This document shows, piece by piece, positions 1 through 9,295 of a stretch of 64,000 bases of DNA (position 1 is its first letter; every line of letters starts with the position of its first letter). Origin of the DNA: an uncultured Verrucomicrobiae bacterium. Its GTDB lineage: Bacteria; Verrucomicrobiota; Verrucomicrobiia; Limisphaerales; Palsa-1400. The DNA lies in NCBI GenBank assembly GCA_963707025.1, contig CAVPOM010000004.1, positions 192,001 through 256,000 of the forward strand, read 5' to 3'. The position numbers were made by a program, and so were the translations under genes. Below the pieces are notes generated by a model. That model was not told the origin of the DNA. It did not search any database and saw only the letters and a program-made list of their open reading frames with translations.

Positions 1-967
1 ACAACCGCCCGTCACCCTGGATTATTACGTCATGCCGGAGAATCTGGAGAAGGCGAAAAAGACCTTCCAGCAAGTCAAGTTAATGATGGCGGCCTACGAG
101 AAGTACTTCGGCCCGTATCCCTTTCCGCGGGACGGCTACAAGCTGATCGAAAGCCCGCACACCGGCATGGAGCATCAGAGCGCGGTGGCCTATGGCAACC
201 ACTGGCTGGGCGGTTATCGCGGCGACGCCCCGTCGGCAGAGGGCCTGAAATTTGATTTCATCATCATTCACGAGAGCGCGCACGAATGGTGGGGAAACAA
301 CCTCAGCGCCCGGGATGTCGCGGACATGTGGATTCACGAAAGTTTCGCGGCCTATGCGGAATCTCTTTTTGTGGAAAACCAGTACGGCCGGGCCGCCGCC
401 CTCAAATACATCAACGGCAAGAAGCCCGGCGTGCGCAACGACCGCCCCATGATCGGCCCGTATGGCCTCAATCGCGAGGGTTCCGGCGACATGTACAACA
501 AGGGCCAACTGGTGCTCAACACCTTGCGCGACGTGATTGATGACGACGCGCGCTGGATTGCCATCCTGCACGGCCTGCAGCAGACCTTCCGTTATCAAAC
601 CGTCACCGCCGAGGACATTTTCGGCTACATCAGAAAAAATGCCGGAAAAGATCTGACCGGCTTCTTCGAGCAATATTTCCAGCACGCCGCCATTCCGAAA
701 CTCATGGTCGAGACGCAAAAGAAAGGCAACGTGGTCACGGCCCGCTACCGCTGGCAGGCGGACGTGGCGGATTTTCGGATGCCCATCAAAGTGACCACCG
801 CGCCGGGCAAATACCAATTCATCGTCCCCACCACCGAGTGGCAGACCAACACCCTGCACCGGATGGCGCCGGAAGATTTCAAGATTGCCGACGACCTGTT
901 CTACGTTGACCTGAGCCTGCGCTGGTCCTATCACGACCCGCGCAAGACCCAGCGCGACGCCCGATAA
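1..967 (+). CDS. M1 family zinc aminopeptidase (5' end outside window)
   Basis: GMEH motif plus HESAHEWWGN...E (HExxH-18x-E) zinc motif and Y-x-K-G; frame is open back to the window edge. Confidence 0.9.
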   Translation, partial: QPPVTLDYYVMPENLEKAKKTFQQVKLMMAAYEKYFGPYPFPRDGYKLIESPHTGMEHQSAVAYGNHWLGGYRGDAPSAEGLKFDFIIIHESAHEWWGNNLSARDVADMWIHESFAAYAESLFVENQYGRAAALKYINGKKPGVRNDRPMIGPYGLNREGSGDMYNKGQLVLNTLRDVIDDDARWIAILHGLQQTFRYQTVTAEDIFGYIRKNAGKDLTGFFEQYFQHAAIPKLMVETQKKGNVVTARYRWQADVADFRMPIKVTTAPGKYQFIVPTTEWQTNTLHRMAPEDFKIADDLFYVDLSLRWSYHDPRKTQRDAR

Positions 968-1002
968 AAACCTGGTTCTTGATCTCGATTGGGTGTGCCG
1001 GG

Positions 1003-1034
1003 GTAAGGCAGGGCGGGCAGTCCCTTGCCCGCCG
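1003..1034. repeat. GTAG-type REP-like palindrome (family GGTAGGGCGGGCAGTCCCCTGCCCGCC)
   Basis: gggcgggcagtcccttgcccgcc hairpin; related copies near 4165-4190, 6742-6769 and 25420-25432. Confidence 0.6.
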
Positions 1035-1096
1035 CTCGACTCCACCATCCCGTCTTGTGTTCTTGGGTTATTGGTGCAGTGTGAGGTGCATTTTAG

Positions 1097-1187
1097 CCGT
1101 TACACCGTTACACCTGTTGCACCACAAGCACTTACGCATTTTCGAGCCGTTACACTCGCCGTTACACCCCCGTTACATGCCGTTACA
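1097..1187 (+). repeat. Cluster of six exact CCGTTACA direct repeats (iteron-like)
   Basis: Exact copies start at 1097, 1105, 1147, 1159, 1170 and 1180; one degenerate copy at 1114. Confidence 0.85.
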
Positions 1188-1472
1188 TCTGCGGACGTGT
1201 TAAAACACCCATGCCTTGTACAGTATTATCGGTAAGGCGTGGCTGATGAAGGAACGCGGGCTTATTGAGTTTCACGATGATGCTGCCGTGCAATTTCTGC
1301 TTCGACACGATGGGACGGTTATTATTCGCCTGCCATATTATTAATTTGCTTTCGAGACCTCACCCCGGCCCTCTACTCGGTCGAGGCTGAGAGCGTAAAG
1401 CGGTCGGTTCCTAGCAGTGCCGCATTTATGGTTAACATGGGTGCCGGATGCTTCAAACCGGATTGGAACGTT

Positions 1473-1799
1473 CTAGCCTTGCTCCGACCTGAAGACACTC
1501 GCATTCCGAAGATGAATGCGGACAATAGCTTCAAGCTCGTCTGAGTCTATCTTCTCATTATTACCGATCTTGTCTAAAGGGAGATGAATCGGATCCATTA
1601 GATCACTAATCAGATCAGTGTGTTGGCTGGCATGAGGAGGTCCAGCATCCAAGAGCGCAGACATTTCTCGAAAGACAGTCTTTAAAACGAAAAAAGGCAG
1701 GACATAGGAACTGTCCTGCGCCAGGCCACTACAGCAAGCGACCAGACGATCCAGGTTCTCCTGGTAGAGGCCTTTCTTGAGCAGCTCACGCAGGGACAC
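1473..1799 (-). CDS. Hypothetical helical protein, probably coupled to pyrE
   Basis: ORF 1473..1958; likely start is the GTG at 1799 (VSLRELLKKG), overlapping the pyrE 3' end. Confidence 0.55.
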   Translation of the reverse strand: MSLRELLKKGLYQENLDRLVACCSGLAQDSSYVLPFFVLKTVFREMSALLDAGPPHASQHTDLISDLMDPIHLPLDKIGNNEKIDSDELEAIVRIHLRNASVFRSEQG

Positions 1800-2403
1800 A
1801 AGTTGCTGGCTTGGGCTGTTCGACACAATTCTCAACAAGTTCTTCCCGGTTAAAGGCAGCCACAACGCGATGGCCAGAATCCTCGATTTTCTCCCGGCCA
1901 CCCTCCTGGCGGTCAACGAGGACCGCGACGAAAGCAACTTTTCCACCTGCATCTTCAACTGCTTTTATCGCGGCGAGAGTGGAATCGCCGCGCGTAACAA
2001 CGTCATCAATGACCACCACCAAATCGCCGGATTTGAAATTGCCCTCGATCAGCTTTGCTTGTCCGTGGGCCTTTGGGGTCTTTCGCACGATAAATGTCTG
2101 AAGCGGCGGCGAGTCCTTCTCCCAAAAGGAATACATTCCGACAGCAAGGGCAATCGGATCAGCGCCCATGGTGAGGCCCCCGATCGCATTGATGTGAACG
2201 CCCCTGTCCGCGGCCTCCTTTTGAATCAACGAGTGCATGACCTGGCCAACGAGCCACGCGCCCTCCGGATCGAGCGTCGTCAGCTTGCAGTCAACGTAAT
2301 AAGAGCTTTTCGCGCCAGACGAAAGCACGAAGTCACCACGAGAAAAGGATTTCTCCCGCAGAAGAGACAGCAGCCTGGACTTGGCCTTTGCAATGGTTGG
2401 CAT
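1786..2403 (-). CDS. pyrE: Orotate phosphoribosyltransferase
   Basis: GDFVLSSG..SSYYVD, VRK..K.HG...IEG and PRPP-binding VVVIDDVVTRG motifs. Confidence 0.92.
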   Translation of the reverse strand: MPTIAKAKSRLLSLLREKSFSRGDFVLSSGAKSSYYVDCKLTTLDPEGAWLVGQVMHSLIQKEAADRGVHINAIGGLTMGADPIALAVGMYSFWEKDSPPLQTFIVRKTPKAHGQAKLIEGNFKSGDLVVVIDDVVTRGDSTLAAIKAVEDAGGKVAFVAVLVDRQEGGREKIEDSGHRVVAAFNREELVENCVEQPKPATCVPA

Positions 2404-2505
2404 GTTTTGATTCTATCGGTGATTTAATGCGTTGGAATTAAAAGTTGTTCTTTCTTATGCACAGTTTATTCGCACAATTCCACCATTCTTGGTGGCATCT
2501 TTTCC

Positions 2506-2706
2506 TCAGCCCTTCTTATCATTACGGAGCGCGATTCTGATCTTCGACTTCGTTTCGTCTGTCACCGAGGAATCGCCGCCCTCCAAACGCGAAATGGTTC
2601 GGGCCGACACGCCTGCTCGCCTTGCCAATTCCTCTTTGCGCAAGCCCTTCTTGACGCGCTCATCACGCCATAAAATCTCAGAAATCATGCCTCTTTTTAA
2701 GGACAT
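2506..2706 (-). CDS. XRE/Cro-type helix-turn-helix regulator
   Basis: R..KGLRKEELARRAGVSARTISRLEGG is a typical HTH_3 pattern; start uncertain. Confidence 0.75.
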   Translation of the reverse strand: MSLKRGMISEILWRDERVKKGLRKEELARRAGVSARTISRLEGGDSSVTDETKSKIRIALRNDKKG

Positions 2707-2954
2707 GTTTGGACAAGTCAAGACAAAAAGCGAAAAAAAGCGACAAAATGTCATAAAACCGAACATGGCGGATAATTAGGTTCTGTCCGCTCCCCGGCCT
2801 TTCCACTCCGGGGCGGCCAGGGGACGGCCCGCCTTCAAGGAGAAGCCTGGCCGGAATGTGTTTGGCGGGACGCCAAACACGGCGTGCGAGACGCACGCGC
2901 TCCCCGAATCCGCCGTTGCCCGATGAGATCTACTGAAAACGTGGAGGAACCCAA

Positions 2955-3044
2955 AAATTTTGTATTCACAGGAGGCCAATTGAGGTTAGTTATGGGCTGC
3001 CATTAATACAAAGCGATGAATTTCAATCCAGACACGCGCGGCCC
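2955..3044 (+). repeat. Direct repeat copy 1 (~90 bp)
   Basis: Nearly identical to 4215..4305 (aaattttgtattcacaggaggcc...gacacgcgcggccc). Confidence 0.95.
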
Positions 3045-3088
3045 GCGGCCGCGAAACCGAAAGCGACGAAGAATAGAAATGGATTCCC

Positions 3089-3961
3089 ATGAGTGAAGAA
3101 TTGCCCATCCCCGCCACCACCAACACCTTCGAGCGGATCAAACGCGTCAACCCATCGGGCGCGGAATTCTGGTCCGCCCGCGAACTCGCCCGGGTGTCGA
3201 GTACACCGAGTTCCGCAACTTCGCCGCCGTCATCGCCAAAGCGCGCGAAGCCAGCGCGAAGAGCGGCCACACCGTCTCCGACCATTTCGTTGAATATCAC
3301 CGAAATGGTCGGCATCGGATCGGGAGCACAGCGGCCCATCGAAGATTGGGCACTCTCGCGCTACGCGTGCTATCTGGTGATCCAGAATGCCGACCCCAGC
3401 AAACCGCTTGTGGCGTTGGGGCAAAGTTATTTTGCGGTGCAAACGCGCCGCCAGGAATTGGCCGACGACCAAGCACTGAAGGAGGACAAAACGCGCCTGC
3501 TGCTGCGCGGTGAGATGAAGAAACACAACAAGAATCTGGCAGGCGCGGCCAGGCAGGCCGGCGTCGTCCAGCCGGTGGATTACGCCATCTTCATGGATCA
3601 CGGCTATCGCGGACTTTATGGCGGGCTGGGTATGCGAGACATCCACGAGCGCAAAAGGCTCCAGCCCAAGGAACACGTTCTTGACCACATGGGCAGCACG
3701 GAACTTGCGGCCAATCTTTTCCGCGCCACACAGACCGAGGAGAAGCTGCGCCGCGAGAATGTGCGCAGCAAAGACGCCGCCAATCGAATCCACAATGAAG
3801 TGGGGCGCAAAGTCCGCACGACGATCCACGAATTGGGCGGCACAATGCCGGAAAACCTGCCGGCGGCCGAAAGCATCAGGAAGGTGGAAAGCAGGGAGAA
3901 GAAACGGCTCAAGGCGGAGCAAAGGAAATCTCTGGACAATCCAGCGGACGCGGAAAACTGA
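3089..3961 (+). CDS. dinD: DNA damage-inducible protein D (BRO-N-like N-terminus) with two compensating frameshifts
   Basis: FWSARELA, LSRYACYLVIQNADPSK, QSYFAVQTRRQE, DHMGSTELAANLFRATQT; conserved EYTEFRNF...DHFV is in another frame between ~3197 and ~3295. Confidence 0.88.
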   Translation: MSEELPIPATTNTFERIKRVNPSGAEFWSARELARVSSTPSSATSPPSSPKRAKPARRAATPSPTISLNITEMVGIGSGAQRPIEDWALSRYACYLVIQNADPSKPLVALGQSYFAVQTRRQELADDQALKEDKTRLLLRGEMKKHNKNLAGAARQAGVVQPVDYAIFMDHGYRGLYGGLGMRDIHERKRLQPKEHVLDHMGSTELAANLFRATQTEEKLRRENVRSKDAANRIHNEVGRKVRTTIHELGGTMPENLPAAESIRKVESREKKRLKAEQRKSLDNPADAEN

Positions 3962-4214
3962 GCCATGCCGAATGAGGACGGGCATTATCCACGAGCTTGT
4001 GATATTTGAGCCGGAATATCCCGCGCGCTTGCGCCAGAGACTGCAAGGACACGCCCCTCCATAATTGACGGCGCTCGGCAAGCTTGACCTGCTCGCCTTG
4101 CCAAAAACCGCGCTGCTCTGCTCCGTGCGATGCCCCGGCCATCCGCGCCCCATTTCTCCCACGCGGGCGGCCAGGGGACTGCCCGCCCCACCCCCCAAGA
4201 CTGACGCATTGCCG

Positions 4215-4305
4215 AAATTTTGTATTCACAGGAGGCCAAATTGAGGTTAGTTATGGGCTGCCATAAATACAAAGCGATGAATTTCAATCCAGACACGCGC
4301 GGCCC
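4215..4305 (+). repeat. Direct repeat copy 2 (promoter region and first codons of the next gene)
   Basis: Matches 2955..3044 and includes the ATG at 4276. Confidence 0.95.
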
Positions 4306-6553
4306 ACGGGCGCGACGGGACGGGCGAAAATGGAGATGGGCGGTGACGCTGCCCGCCTGCTTGCTTTTCGCCCTGGCCGTGGCGCCGGCGCGAGGGCAGG
4401 GGAATCTCCTGAAGAATCCAGGCTTTGAGGAAACTCCGCGCGAGGGGGGCGCGCCCCCCGGCTGGGAGAGGACCGGCCCGGGCGCGGCGCGGATCACTGT
4501 GACGGACAAGGAAGCGCAGGCCGGCCGGCAGTGCGCCGCCGTCCCGGCCGGAAGCGCCGTCGGGCAGCGCATTGGAAACGCGGAGGCGGGAGCTTACGTG
4601 CTGCGATGCTGGGTCAAGTCCGAATCGGACCAGCCGGTGACACTCCTTCTTCAGGACCCCGACCGGCCCTGGGAGGCTTATGCGTGCGCGGAAGTGCCGG
4701 CCCCGAAGGAGCAATGGACCCAGCTCCAAGCCTTCTGTGTGTTGGACCAAAAGGGTTCGCTGACGGTCACGGTGGGTGGAACGTCCAAAGAGTTTAACCT
4801 TTATCACGGAGTGTCGGGACAAATGTCGTCCCCCATTCTGCTGGACACCTGCGAGTTGATCCGCTACCGGCCGACCGCCTCTGCCCCGGTGGCGGTGTGG
4901 GACACGAAAAAGGATTTGTCCGCCCTGCCGGATTGGTCCGCCAAGGGCAGGTGGACTTCGGTCAGCCGCCAGTCCTGGTCCTTCCGGGGCGCGCCTGTTT
5001 TTCAAGCCCGGCAGCTTGCCGGCACGGTTCGCAGCAGCGACGGGGGATTGGTGATTGGCGCCCTGGAGGGCCAGGCCCTGAAGACGCGCGCGGTGCTGGT
5101 TCCCTCGCCCGCTTTCACCGGGTGCAAATGCGCGCTGGTGCATGCCCGGCGACCGCACTGGCATTGAGGTGGCCTGCAAAGACGGAAAGCGCTCCTACAC
5201 CGCGTGGTTGACACCGCAAGGGCTGGTCCGCATCGGAGCCAGCCATGTGCCGGCGTTTCAGGCGCAGGGCTGCGCGTTGCGCTACGGCCTGCTGCCTTCG
5301 CTGGCGGGGTCGGATATCTGCTACGAGCCGCAGAAGCTGCTGGACAGCCAACGCATCAGCCTGCCCTCCACGCAGTGGTTCGTGGGATTGCGGGACGGCA
5401 ACGACAGCATGCTGGTGGCGGCGTGGGACACGGACTCGCAGGCCGTCTCGCTGGGGCTGGCCGGCGAAGGGGAAAACCGTATGTTTGACTCGCTTTCCAT
5501 CGCCACGGACAAGGCGGGATTCTCGATTTCGTTTGTGGAACACCCGGGGGTTTGGCACAAGGAACCGCTCCAGGAGGATTGGCTCAACCAGTACGTCCCG
5601 GTGGCCTGGCAGCCCCCGTTCCCGGCGCGCTGGATGGGGGAGTTCTTTGTCACCACAGGCCAGGCGGCCCTATTTCAACGATCCTGAGCATGCAGTATTC
5701 CTTTCCGTTTGCCAGCGCCAAGACGCGGATGTGGGGCGTCTGGCTGGAAGGTTGGAACCACTATCCGTTCTACTTCGACGGGGCGCGGACGATATTCCAT
5801 TTCGAGAAAGGCTTTGTGCCCAGAGGCGATGCGCTGGTTTATTTCCTGGAACCGGCGGCGGCGGACCTGTATTCGCCGTGCGAGATACTGGAGCAGGCCC
5901 TGGGCGGGGAAAAAGCCGCGGCGCTGCTGGATCCGGAGGCCAACGGGCTGCGGAAGCTGGCTTACTCGACGCCGGCGGAGTTTATGTATGACAGGCCGGT
6001 TTGCGCCACCACGACGCGTCTGACGGGCATCCGGCAGGACGAAAAGGCCACGGTGGGGATCAACCTGGCCACCCACATGTATGAGTTCATCCGGGAGATT
6101 CGCCTGCGGGTTGACCAGTACGCGGGCTTCTTCGACTGGATGCAGAGCTACCTGGCCGACGAAGACGTGGCCCATCCGGAATTGCACGCCTACGTGGCCG
6201 AACTGCAGGACCTGGTTTCCCAGGCCAAGGCCAGGGCCGCGGGAGTTTATGCGGAGCCTCTTTCCGCCGTGGAGGAGAAAACCGAGGGGATGAAGAAACT
6301 CCTGCTGGCGGGGCAGGGGGATGGTTTTAACTGCGGCACGCTGGATGTGCGCGACACCGCCGGCGAGCAGGACGACCTGTGCCGGCGTTACAACCGGCTG
6401 GCGCTCAGACTGGCGCAGACGGCGGCGTTGCAGTGCGGCGATTCCCCCGAAAAGGCCTTCATCGCCAAGCAGGTCTGGGAGCAAACGCGGCGGATCGTGC
6501 GCCAGCCGGTGCGCTGGGAAGCGCGCCGCACCCTGTATTTCTTCGAGCCGTAA
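4276..6553 (+). pseudogene. Large exported protein with N-terminal CBM4/9-like (NLLKNPGFE) domain, split by frameshifts (pseudogene or sequencing error)
   Basis: Three successive overlapping ORFs (4220..5167, 5142..5687, 5552..6553) join into one protein with shifts near 5145 and 5660-5690; signal peptide present. Confidence 0.6.
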
Positions 6554-6571
6554 CCCGCCGCAGAGGAACCT

Positions 6572-7657
6572 ATGAGTCAACATCAAGCGGGCGGGGCGGC
6601 CGGGTCCTTTGCTGGGCAGGATGGCGCTATTGGACGCAGCTCCGCCGCAATGCGTCAGTCCTGGGTGGTGGGGCGGGTCCCGAATTATCGGCACCCGCTG
6701 CACGACGGTAGTGTGACGTTGCTTCCTCTGCCAGTGTCATGCGGCGGGCAGGGGACTGCCCGCCCTACCTTTCCCGGACAAGGCATGACTGGCGCATTAC
6801 ACTCCACCGGCTCGCCTTGGCTCGCCGCCCTGGCCGCCCTGGCGCTGGTGATGATGAGCGCATGGGGGGGAACCGCCAAGGGGCCGGAACCTGTCGCCGG
6901 CCATGCGGATGACCATCTGGTCCAGACGGCGTGCGGGCTGGCCATGGTGGAGATAGCGGGGGGCCAATTCAGCATGGGCGCCAACGACGGCCCGGTGGAT
7001 GTCAAGCCGGCCCATCGCGTCAAGGTGGATGGCTTTCTCATGGACCAAACGCTGGTGACGCAGGAGGTTTTCCAGAAGCTGATGGGCATGAATCCGTCCC
7101 GCCGGAAGAACCCGCAGAACCCGGTGGAACAGGCCAGTTGGACGGCGGCGGCGAAGTTTTGCAACGCGCGCTCCCTCCAGGACGGGTTGACGCCGTGCTA
7201 CGATGTGAAAACCTGGCAATGCAATTTCGCCGCCAGCGGCTACCGCCTGCCCACCGAGGCGGAGTGGGAGTACGCCTGCCGGGCCGGGACCACCACGAAG
7301 TTTTATTTCGGCGACAACGAGGAAGAGCTCAAGTCTTATGGCTGGTTTCGAGGCAACTCGGAATCCAAAACCCATGTGGTCGCCAGGAAAAAGCCGAATC
7401 CCTGGGGTCTGTATGACATGGCGGGCAACCTCTGGGAATGGTGCAACGACTACTACGGCCCCAAGTATTATCAGGGCAGCCCGGCCGACAATCCGCGCGG
7501 CCCGGATCATGGCGAAAAGCGGGTGCTGCGGGGGGGCGCGTGGTCCAGCAGCGAGGAGGACTGCGCGTCCTGGGCGCGGGGCTGCGACGAGTCCGGCGCG
7601 ACCGACATATGTTTGACAATGGATTCCAACGGGTTCCGGTGCGTCCGCAGAAAATGA
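6572..7657 (+). CDS. Formylglycine-generating enzyme (SUMF1/FGE-sulfatase) domain protein
   Basis: F.MG, RLPTEAEWEYACRAG, PNPWGLYDMAGNLWEW, RVLRGGAW, GFRCV; AGAGGA RBS before 6572 (alternative start 6785). Confidence 0.9.
   Translation: MSQHQAGGAAGSFAGQDGAIGRSSAAMRQSWVVGRVPNYRHPLHDGSVTLLPLPVSCGGQGTARPTFPGQGMTGALHSTGSPWLAALAALALVMMSAWGGTAKGPEPVAGHADDHLVQTACGLAMVEIAGGQFSMGANDGPVDVKPAHRVKVDGFLMDQTLVTQEVFQKLMGMNPSRRKNPQNPVEQASWTAAAKFCNARSLQDGLTPCYDVKTWQCNFAASGYRLPTEAEWEYACRAGTTTKFYFGDNEEELKSYGWFRGNSESKTHVVARKKPNPWGLYDMAGNLWEWCNDYYGPKYYQGSPADNPRGPDHGEKRVLRGGAWSSSEEDCASWARGCDESGATDICLTMDSNGFRCVRRK
6649..6798. mobile_element. 150-bp MITE-like element with internal REP doublet
   Basis: Ends AATGCGTCAGTC / GACTGGCGCATT; related ends at 4199..4210 and 25441..25452. 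Confidence 0.6.
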
Positions 7658-7692
7658 ATCCCGCCCCTTAGCCCTGCCGGGACCCCGCCACC

Positions 7693-9294
7693 ATGCTTTT
7701 CCACACCTGGCCGTTTTTTGTCTTCCTGCTCGTGGTGCTGCCGGTGTTTTTCGCGCTGCGCAAAACCCGGCTGTGGCTGCCGTGGCTGACGGCGGCGTCC
7801 TACTTTTTTTACGGCTGGTGGAATCCGTATTACCTGGTTCTGGTTTGGTATGCCACCGTGCTCGACTTTTCCCTGGTGGCCTTGATGGACCACTGCCCCC
7901 GGCAGGGACAGAAGGTGGATGTGATGGGGCGCCTGACGCGGCTGCGCTTTGACGACCGGGTTTTGAAATACGCCTTTCTCGGCTCGCTCGCCGCCGCCGT
8001 GGGCATGGCCGCCCTGGCGGCGGCCGGCCCGCGCACGCTGCGGCCGGCCCTGGCCGGGCTGGGTTTGATCGTGCTGCTGATGGGACTGGGGTCGCTTTAC
8101 AGCAGCCGGCGCATCTGGCTGGCCATTAGTCTTGTCAACAACCTGGCCCTGCTGTTTTTTTTCAAATACGCGCGCTTTGTGGTGGAGAACGCCAACGCCC
8201 TGCTGGCCTGGCTGCATATTCCGCTCCAGTTGTGGGAGCCGGCCGCGCTGATGCCCTTTGGTTTTCATTACCTGCTGCCGGTCGGCATTTCCTTTTACAC
8301 GTTTCAGTCGCTGAGTTACACCATTGACTTCTATCTGGGAAAGATGAACCGGGAACGGAACTTTCTGCGCTTTGCCACCTTTGTCTGTTTTTTCCCCCAG
8401 TTGATGGCCGGCCCGATCGAACGGGCCCGGCAACTGATCCCGCAACTGCGCCAGTTTCCGGCGATTTGCCTGCGGCAGTTCACCGATGGCGCCTCCCTGT
8501 TCCTGGTCGGTCTGTTCAAGAAACTGGCCCTGGCCAACTATCTGTCTGTTTACGTGGATCGGGTCTATGACAACCCGCAGGGGTTTGGCGCGCCCAGCCT
8601 GCTGCTGGCCACGGTCGCTTTCGCCTGGCAGATCTTCTTTGATTTCAGCGGTTACACGGACATGGCCCGGGGCGTGGCCAGGCTGATGGGGTTCAACTTG
8701 ATTTTGAACTTCAACAATCCGTACCTGGCGACCAGCCTGGGCGATTTCTGGACGCGCTGGCACATCAGCCTTTCCACCTGGTTCAGGGATTATGTGTACA
8801 TCCCGCTGGGAGGGAACCGGCAGGGGAAGTGGAAGACCTACCGCAATTTGTTCATTACCTTTTTTGTCGCCGGGGTGTGGCATGGGGCGGCCTGGACATT
8901 TGTTATCTGGGGCGCCCTGCACGGTGTGGGGGTGCTGGCCACCCGGGAGCTGGAGCGATCGGTCTTCTACCGCGAGCGCGTGCCCAAATTGCTCAAGCAG
9001 GCGGGCGTGTTCCTGTTTGTTTCTTTCACCTGGATTTTCTTCCGGGCCGATTCGTTGCCGGACGCCTTGCTCATCGTCCACCGGGTCTGCACCGCGGCGT
9101 GGCAGGACCCGGAGATTCCCGCCCTGATGGGCGCGCTGGTGCTGCTGGTCTGGCTGTATGAGTTCTCCTACGAATCCAGGGTGCGGGACTTTCTGCGAAC
9201 CGGCCTGGTCCGGGTCAGCCTGGCGGTTCTCATGGTGCTGTATCTGTGCCTCTGTTCGTCGCGGGGCGGCGCTTTCATTTATTTCCAATTCTGA
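7693..9294 (+). CDS. MBOAT family O-acyltransferase (AlgI/DltB-like)
   Basis: LPVGISFYTFQ, FFPQLMAGPIER, DFSGYTDMA, FWTRWHISLSTWFRDYVYIPLGG, GVWHGA. Confidence 0.93.
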   Translation: MLFHTWPFFVFLLVVLPVFFALRKTRLWLPWLTAASYFFYGWWNPYYLVLVWYATVLDFSLVALMDHCPRQGQKVDVMGRLTRLRFDDRVLKYAFLGSLAAAVGMAALAAAGPRTLRPALAGLGLIVLLMGLGSLYSSRRIWLAISLVNNLALLFFFKYARFVVENANALLAWLHIPLQLWEPAALMPFGFHYLLPVGISFYTFQSLSYTIDFYLGKMNRERNFLRFATFVCFFPQLMAGPIERARQLIPQLRQFPAICLRQFTDGASLFLVGLFKKLALANYLSVYVDRVYDNPQGFGAPSLLLATVAFAWQIFFDFSGYTDMARGVARLMGFNLILNFNNPYLATSLGDFWTRWHISLSTWFRDYVYIPLGGNRQGKWKTYRNLFITFFVAGVWHGAAWTFVIWGALHGVGVLATRELERSVFYRERVPKLLKQAGVFLFVSFTWIFFRADSLPDALLIVHRVCTAAWQDPEIPALMGALVLLVWLYEFSYESRVRDFLRTGLVRVSLAVLMVLYLCLCSSRGGAFIYFQF

Positions 9295-9295
9295 A

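Noticed and set aside
1097..1187. CRISPR array
   Set aside because: Repeats are only 8 bp with irregular short spacing, and no cas genes are present.
6572..7657. Diversity-generating retroelement target (FGE/CLec fold)
   Set aside because: No reverse transcriptase or template-repeat copy of the 3' end in the window.
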